A DNA stretch of 64,000 bases from a virus. The position numbers and the translations under genes are program-made. Positions 58,418-64,000 of this stretch are shown here, piece after piece. The stretch is from the IMG/VR virus record IMGVR_UViG_3300028025_000092; one strand, written 5' to 3'. Position 1 is the stretch's first letter. Each line of letters opens with the position of its first letter. Below the pieces are notes generated by a model that saw only the letters and a program-made list of their open reading frames with translations, did not search any database and had not been told where the DNA came from.

Positions 58418-59470
58418 ATGCAAAAGCTAGGACTAGAAGAGGTAAAGGGTCTTGTAGCCAAGATCCTAGATAAATCTTTCCATGGTAATCCAGGGAAGCA
58501 AAAGATTTATTCCTCTACAAATAGATTAAATTTTTCTTGTCCGTATTGCGGAGACTCAAATGATCCACGTAAAAAGAGAGGCAATCTTTATTTAGATAGC
58601 CTCTCTTTTAAATGTTATAATGGTGGGTGTGGTCAATTCAGGGATCTTATCGGTTTATTATACGATCATGAATTATCCAGAGAGCTAACAATCGAACAAC
58701 TTGAGGAAGCTAAAAATACAATTACTCTAAAAAAGAGTAACAGAAGGATATCTGCAAACATCGACGTTTTCATTCTTGAAAATTACAGGGACGTTTTAGT
58801 CGAAAGAGAATTTTATAAGAACAAATTAAAACTTATAGAAATTCCAAGACCAATTAAGGAATACCTAACATCCAGAAATCAAATAACGGATGAGAAGTAT
58901 CTTTATTGTCCTATTAAGAAGTCGATACATATTCTAAACCTAACGTCTGATGGTAAGTATATACTAGGACTACAGCTTAGAAATATGAAAAAGAACGCGG
59001 TAAACAAATACTTTACGTACAGATTAAGTGGGATTCATAAAAATCTGTTGAGGAATTTTGATCCCACTATTCTATCTAAAGCGGAGGAACTAGATCCTAT
59101 TTCTTTAGTGTTTGGATTTTCCAGTGTTAATTTAGACGAGACTGTTACTATCTTCGAAGGTCCTCTTGATTCCTTTTTATTCCCCAATGCGGTAGCTTTA
59201 TGCTCAATCAACAACCCATTCCCGTTTGATATACCAAATAAGAGATGGTTTTATGACGGGGATGAAGCAGGAAGGGATGCACTCAGAAAAAAATTATCAA
59301 CGGGAGATACAGTTTTTCTTTGGGATAAATTTATAAAGGATAATGATTTACCAGAAAGAGATAAATGGGATTTAAATGATCTTGTAAACTATCTTAGAAC
59401 TTCTGGCAAGAAAATAAAAAGATTAGAAAAATATTTCAGTAACGAACAATGGGATTTAATTGGAATTTAA
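58418..59470 (+). CDS. DNA primase (T4 gp61-like)
   Basis: NFSCPYCGDS...KRG...CYNGGC zinc finger; FEGPLDS.F TOPRIM; YDGD; DLND. Confidence 0.9.
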   Translation: MQKLGLEEVKGLVAKILDKSFHGNPGKQKIYSSTNRLNFSCPYCGDSNDPRKKRGNLYLDSLSFKCYNGGCGQFRDLIGLLYDHELSRELTIEQLEEAKNTITLKKSNRRISANIDVFILENYRDVLVEREFYKNKLKLIEIPRPIKEYLTSRNQITDEKYLYCPIKKSIHILNLTSDGKYILGLQLRNMKKNAVNKYFTYRLSGIHKNLLRNFDPTILSKAEELDPISLVFGFSSVNLDETVTIFEGPLDSFLFPNAVALCSINNPFPFDIPNKRWFYDGDEAGRDALRKKLSTGDTVFLWDKFIKDNDLPERDKWDLNDLVNYLRTSGKKIKRLEKYFSNEQWDLIGI

Positions 59471-59673
59471 CAAAGGAGGAAATTGAGGCAATAGAGCATA
59501 AAAAATCTTTGCTGAAAGTTCCAGTATCATATATGGTAGACTCTACCTTAGAGGTACCGGATCTTGAAAACAATTTTACCCCTAACGAGGTAAAAGTCTC
59601 TAAAAGAATAAAAACCGATATTGTTGATATAAAAAGTAAAAAGAAAAATAAAAGTAATAAGCTATATGAGTAG
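59449..59673 (+). CDS. Small hypothetical protein
   Basis: 74 aa, overlapping both neighbours; start uncertain. Confidence 0.55.
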   Translation: MGFNWNLTKEEIEAIEHKKSLLKVPVSYMVDSTLEVPDLENNFTPNEVKVSKRIKTDIVDIKSKKKNKSNKLYE

Positions 59674-60112
59674 TGAAGCCCAATCTGAATTTGAGTCAAG
59701 GTTTGCACCGGAGAGAACTGAATGGACAGAGAGAGTAAGAGAACTTTCTATCAGAATGAAAAATATCAGGGAGATAGGTGAGGTTCAAGTAGAGCTTTAT
59801 TCGGATCGCCAAAAGATCCTTGAATATTCATACAAGCTCGGACAAATTCTTACAAAACTAAATAGTAACTATAGAACGGAAAAACGGGCTAAGATGGTTT
59901 ATTATTCAGAGGAGCATAATACGAGATATGGTGCTAATGAAAAAACATCGCTTATCGATGGTGATTTGGCAGAGATAAAAAGAAAAATAGATCTGGTTGA
60001 TAATCATATGAGTTTTATGAATGAAACAACAAAAACTATTGACCATATGCTATATGGTATAAAATCCAGAATTTCCCTTGAAGAATTCATGCGCGGAGGA
60101 GGATTAAAATAA
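59666..60112 (+). CDS. Recombination mediator UvsY-like
   Basis: Helical 148-aa protein (IDGD...KTID...YGIK.RI..E.F..G) adjacent to UvsW. Confidence 0.65.
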   Translation: MSSEAQSEFESRFAPERTEWTERVRELSIRMKNIREIGEVQVELYSDRQKILEYSYKLGQILTKLNSNYRTEKRAKMVYYSEEHNTRYGANEKTSLIDGDLAEIKRKIDLVDNHMSFMNETTKTIDHMLYGIKSRISLEEFMRGGGLK

Positions 60113-60121
60113 AAACATTAG

Positions 60122-61663
60122 ATGTTAAAATTTATAGTATCTGAAGACCTTCAATGGTTACTTTTACAAGACTATGATGAAGAGGTTGACAGAAAACAAC
60201 TTGAATTATCGTTAACCAGAAAAATACATAATTATTTTTTCCATCCATTAGTAAAGAAAAAACACTGGGATGGAGCAATATGCTTCGTAGACAAAAGAGG
60301 TCCAGTATGGAAGGTTCCTTCCGGATTATGGAGCGAGGTATTTGATATATGTGAAAAATATAAGATCGAATGTGAAATACTAGGTCTTGATAAAATTGTG
60401 GATGGCAATTTATCACTTGAAGAATTTACTAAATGGTCTACTGAATTTTTTGCTGACAAAGAATTAAAGCCAAGAGACTATCAGATAGAAGCTGCATGGA
60501 AAATTGTTAAATTTAGATTTTCATGTTTAGAAATTGCAACATCATCAGGAAAGACCCTTATTGCATTTATTGTTCTTGCATATCTAAAGAATGTAAGAGG
60601 TATAAATAAATTCCTAATGATTGTTCCTAATACAACATTAATCATACAGGGATCGGAAGACTTCGAGGGATATGGATTAAAAGAATTGGATAATTGTGAT
60701 ATTCAATTAATACACGGAGGAAATAAAAACAAAATCTCTGGTGGTTTAATGATTGGCACATATCAGTCACTCGTTAAACAGGATGATGAATTTTTTGATG
60801 ATGTTGAAGCCATCTTTGTTGATGAATCCCATCAATCCCATTCTAAATCTATTAAAGAGGTTATATCGAAATGTAAAGACTCCAGGTATAGATTCGGACT
60901 TTCTGGTACATTAACTAACAGAAATACTGCGGAGCATTTAACAATCCAGCAGTATCTTGGTCCTTTGACTATGGAGATTAGTCCTAAGTTTTTATTTGAT
61001 AACAAGTATGCTACACCCGTTGCAATTAAGATTGTAAAGATGAATTGGTTAGACGAAAATCTAAAACAAAAACTATACGAGCTAAGAAGTAATAAAAACA
61101 GTAAGGACACAGAAAAACTCGAGGGAAATGAAATATTTAACGTTGAAAGAAAACTTGTAATATCCTCTGACAAGAGGTTAAAATATATTGTGGATTTTAT
61201 TGCAAAAACAAGCAAAAATTCACTAGTACTTTTCCAATCCGTTGGGGAAGGGTACGGGAAAAGAATATATGAGTATTTAAGAGAGGTGCAGGCAGATAAA
61301 GAGGTTTTTTATATAGATGGCGACACTGAACCTGAAAGAAGAGATTATTACAAGACAAAGCTAGAAGAAGGTGCTAATAAAGTGATGGTAGCTAGCTTTG
61401 GTACTCTTAGTACAGGTGTCTCTGTTAAGAACATACATAATATATTTTTGGTTGAATCTTACAAATCGGAGGTTCTAATTAAACAAAGCTTGGGCAGGGG
61501 AATGAGACTATATGAGGGGAAGGAAAGGGTTAATATTATTGATTTTGTTGACGATTTCTCTTATAACGGATCAATGAACTATCTAATGAAGCATTCTTTA
61601 GAAAGAATTGAGATCTACAAGAGGGAGAAGTTCGAATACAAGACATACGATGTTACTCTTTAG
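60122..61663 (+). CDS. uvsW: SF2 DNA helicase UvsW
   Basis: WDG.I, PRDYQ, ATSSGKT, DESH, GLSGT, STGVS.KN.H, QS.GRGMR. Confidence 0.93.
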   Translation: MLKFIVSEDLQWLLLQDYDEEVDRKQLELSLTRKIHNYFFHPLVKKKHWDGAICFVDKRGPVWKVPSGLWSEVFDICEKYKIECEILGLDKIVDGNLSLEEFTKWSTEFFADKELKPRDYQIEAAWKIVKFRFSCLEIATSSGKTLIAFIVLAYLKNVRGINKFLMIVPNTTLIIQGSEDFEGYGLKELDNCDIQLIHGGNKNKISGGLMIGTYQSLVKQDDEFFDDVEAIFVDESHQSHSKSIKEVISKCKDSRYRFGLSGTLTNRNTAEHLTIQQYLGPLTMEISPKFLFDNKYATPVAIKIVKMNWLDENLKQKLYELRSNKNSKDTEKLEGNEIFNVERKLVISSDKRLKYIVDFIAKTSKNSLVLFQSVGEGYGKRIYEYLREVQADKEVFYIDGDTEPERRDYYKTKLEEGANKVMVASFGTLSTGVSVKNIHNIFLVESYKSEVLIKQSLGRGMRLYEGKERVNIIDFVDDFSYNGSMNYLMKHSLERIEIYKREKFEYKTYDVTL

Positions 61664-61671
61664 AGTATTTG

Positions 61672-61679
61672 GATATATA
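61672..61679 (+). promoter_or_regulatory. Candidate late promoter GATATATA
   Basis: 10 nt before GTG 61690 and 13 nt before ATG 61693. Confidence 0.6.
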
Positions 61680-61689
61680 AAATAAAAAA

Positions 61690-62355
61690 GTGATGAAGCA
61701 TCTCAAGCCATACGAACTTTTAGAAAGCAGTGGTAGAAATATGAGCAATTTCTCCAGCCAAAAATATAAATCTATTACTGGAAATGATTCAGCTCCGGGA
61801 TTTACTGGTTGGATCTATGGCCTTTTTAAAAACATGCAAAACCGTTTTGAGGGAATGGATAATTTTTTTAAGAACAGTATTTACATGAAGACCACAGACG
61901 GTCAAACAATAGACACTGGTCTAGGATGGCTTTTAGGAACAGCCGGATCTTTAGCAACTGGTGTTCTTGCTAAGATATTTGAACCTGGCGATTTTATTAC
62001 CAAAAACCAAAATTGGGGGGCAGGAAGCGGGAGCGATTCTGCTTTACCAAAAACAGAAGCTGATGTTAAGCCGGAACACCTTAGGTTAATGAATGACAAG
62101 TTTGTTAATAACGATCTACCTAATATTAATAGCGATACCCAAATGCAGGATTATATAGGTAATTCCTATAAAAAATGGGGGGTTTCCCCTGGTCAAAGTA
62201 CAGTTGCTGATGATTTGCTTGCAACTAATGCTAATACATACTATAATAAAACTAAAGGATATCCCTTTGTTTCTAAACTGGGTGATGCAGCAAGCATAGC
62301 AGCAAATTTCATTCCAGCGGGTAGAGCAGCGAAGGTAATAAGTAAAATAACATAA
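61690..62355 (+). CDS. Hypothetical protein, possible head-packaged internal protein
   Basis: MKHLKPYELLES N-terminus; amphipathic Gly/Ala helices. Confidence 0.7.
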   Translation: MMKHLKPYELLESSGRNMSNFSSQKYKSITGNDSAPGFTGWIYGLFKNMQNRFEGMDNFFKNSIYMKTTDGQTIDTGLGWLLGTAGSLATGVLAKIFEPGDFITKNQNWGAGSGSDSALPKTEADVKPEHLRLMNDKFVNNDLPNINSDTQMQDYIGNSYKKWGVSPGQSTVADDLLATNANTYYNKTKGYPFVSKLGDAASIAANFIPAGRAAKVISKIT

Positions 62356-62364
62356 AATAAATAA

Positions 62365-62634
62365 ATGAAAAAAGTATCACAAATCCAAGAGAACCTAAAA
62401 GTCCAAAGTGCACATACTATTTCCAAAATGGACGAAGCAAATAAGTACCTAAACTTTGCTAAGAAGTATTACAAGAAGCATGGCGTTTCTGGACCTTTTG
62501 ACGAGAAGTTTAAGGGTGATAAAAAGGCTCAAGAAAAATTCATGGAAGAATTAGGAAAGGCATGGGCTGATTATAAGAAGGAACATAACATCTCAACAGC
62601 TGCTAGTAACAAACCTTGGGGCAAGAAAAAATAG
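62365..62634 (+). CDS. Small Lys-rich hypothetical protein
   Basis: 89-aa basic ORF. Confidence 0.7.
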   Translation: MKKVSQIQENLKVQSAHTISKMDEANKYLNFAKKYYKKHGVSGPFDEKFKGDKKAQEKFMEELGKAWADYKKEHNISTAASNKPWGKKK

Positions 62635-62660
62635 TAGGAACTAAACCCAAAACTTACTTT

Positions 62661-63089
62661 ATGAATGATATACTTTTCCCCATCATTGAGCATTATATAG
62701 GAACTAGCATTTCTGGTATCAGGAGGAATGATGAATTGGTTCTTTTTAAGACGAGCGCAGGTAAAGGTGGAAGAATTGAAAAAAATTTAGATGGCGACTG
62801 GGACTTATTAGTGGGAGACGAAAAAGTGTGTGAGATAGAAGATGTACTTTTTTCAATCTTCTGCGATTATGACGACCAACCACCTATTGATAAATATTAT
62901 AAAAAATTACTAAAAATAAAATCGATCGGAGCATTAAATCAAAGGTCTAACATACTTGTTGATCAATTAATGTTTTCCATTGAATTTTTAATTATGAATA
63001 TGGAAGTTAACTTGGAAGAGCCAATTAAAATTGGTCCATTCCTGGCTTTCAGTCATAATGGAAATAAACATGTTTTAGGACTAAACTAA
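62661..63089 (+). CDS. Hypothetical protein
   Basis: ATG 62661 (MNDILF) preferred over the overlapping TTG at 62616. Confidence 0.65.
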   Translation: MNDILFPIIEHYIGTSISGIRRNDELVLFKTSAGKGGRIEKNLDGDWDLLVGDEKVCEIEDVLFSIFCDYDDQPPIDKYYKKLLKIKSIGALNQRSNILVDQLMFSIEFLIMNMEVNLEEPIKIGPFLAFSHNGNKHVLGLN

Positions 63090-63094
63090 AAAAT

Positions 63095-64000
63095 ATGGCT
63101 GGTATTAAACACTTAAGTGAGATTTATAAAAAACAAGGAACAGATTTTCTGAATGAATTATTTGGAAGGGATCTTACCGTTTCTGAGAAATTAAACGGAA
63201 TGAGTTTTTCTTTCGAGAAGAATCTATATGATGGGTCACTTTCTTTTTATAAAAGAGACCAAGTAAATCCTATTTCTAAAATTGATAGGGTTTTAATGAA
63301 ATACTACGAATCCCCAATTTCCCATATACAAAGTCTAGATAATCTAGTCTTAAGTGAGATTCCAAACGGGTGGAGATTTGGTATGGAATTTTTTATAAGT
63401 CCTAGTCCTGTATTAGTGTCATATCAAAGAATACCTAAAAATGGATTAGTCTTAACCCATATCATAGTTAAGAACGAATTTGGGGATATTGAAAAAACTA
63501 TTGTTGAAAAAGAGGAATTGGAATACTGGGCAAATTTAATAGGTGTTGAAAATCCGCCCATTATATTTCAGGGAAAATTATCTGATGAACAGAAGGTTGA
63601 TATTAATGACTTTATAAATTCACCAAACGATAAACTTAAAGATCAATACGGAACTAAAAGCTTTGCTAAATTCTTAATAGGTCTACTAAATAAGGATATT
63701 AATAAGACACATCTTAATAATTCTTTGGAGGAACCTATAGAGGGTGTAGTTTTTAGATTTGGACCAATAGATGGAACTGGGGATTCTTTTACTGCAAAGA
63801 TACTTGATCCTATGTTCGAGGACATCACAAAACAAAACAACGTTAAGAAAGCAAGTTATTTTCCTAGCGACATATACGGCATTACCATATTAGATGTAAT
63901 GAATTTCATACTTGATAGAAATGTTGATAGTTTTTCATTCGAGGGCGATGATCCCCAGGACAAATACATTTCTTATATTTCCTCCGTGTTTAATTCATTC
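63095..64000 (+). CDS. ATP-dependent RNA-ligase-like nucleotidyltransferase (Rnl2-type), runs off the right edge
   Basis: Not in the ORF track. Manual translation from ATG 63095: motif I EKLNG, FGMEFF, motif IV EGVVFR, motif V AKILD; open to the window end. Confidence 0.75.
   Translation, partial: MAGIKHLSEIYKKQGTDFLNELFGRDLTVSEKLNGMSFSFEKNLYDGSLSFYKRDQVNPISKIDRVLMKYYESPISHIQSLDNLVLSEIPNGWRFGMEFFISPSPVLVSYQRIPKNGLVLTHIIVKNEFGDIEKTIVEKEELEYWANLIGVENPPIIFQGKLSDEQKVDINDFINSPNDKLKDQYGTKSFAKFLIGLLNKDINKTHLNNSLEEPIEGVVFRFGPIDGTGDSFTAKILDPMFEDITKQNNVKKASYFPSDIYGITILDVMNFILDRNVDSFSFEGDDPQDKYISYISSVFNSF

Noticed and set aside
58418-61663. Inteins or introns in primase and UvsW
   Set aside because: Protein lengths are normal, motifs are contiguous, and no splice-junction or homing-endonuclease signatures are present.
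1-64000. Stop-codon reassignment as in some large phages
   Set aside because: Code-11 ORFs tile the window almost completely, and conserved genes end properly at TAG (gmd, uvsW) and TGA (fcl, S1-like).

Overview
A gene-dense, AT-rich, standard-code segment of a large T4-like myovirus (jumbo-phage-type genome); several cues suggest a Bacteroidota host (inference). From left to right: (1) an 8.6-kb glycan cluster (720-9296) with DxD transferases, GT10-like and GT11-like fucosyltransferases, pyruvyl-, methyl- and acetyl-transferases and the GDP-L-fucose pathway fcl+gmd; (2) small accessory genes including a basic DUF5824-like protein and a Nudix hydrolase; (3) a ~45-kb tail/baseplate module (gp48-, gp53-, gp27-, gp5-, gp13-, gp25-, gp6- and gp3-like genes, several very large virion proteins, a collagen/collar tail fibre) interrupted by a ribosomal-protein-S1-like gene, a putative amidoligase and an inverted phoH; (4) a replication/recombination block (RuvC-like resolvase, gp32 SSB, gp61 primase, UvsY-like, UvsW), then probable head-packaged proteins and a truncated RNA-ligase-like gene. 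Two recurring intergenic motifs are visible: RATATATA (candidate late promoter, often only 5-10 nt from the start codon) and GRAAY-N17/18-TAWA. The most interesting leads are the late-promoter/leaderless-mRNA/phage-S1 combination, the dual-fucosyltransferase glycan pathway, and a six-unit peptide repeat on a baseplate-region protein. No tRNA, rRNA, CRISPR array, intein or mobile element could be supported. All family calls are from motif recognition by eye, not database searches.
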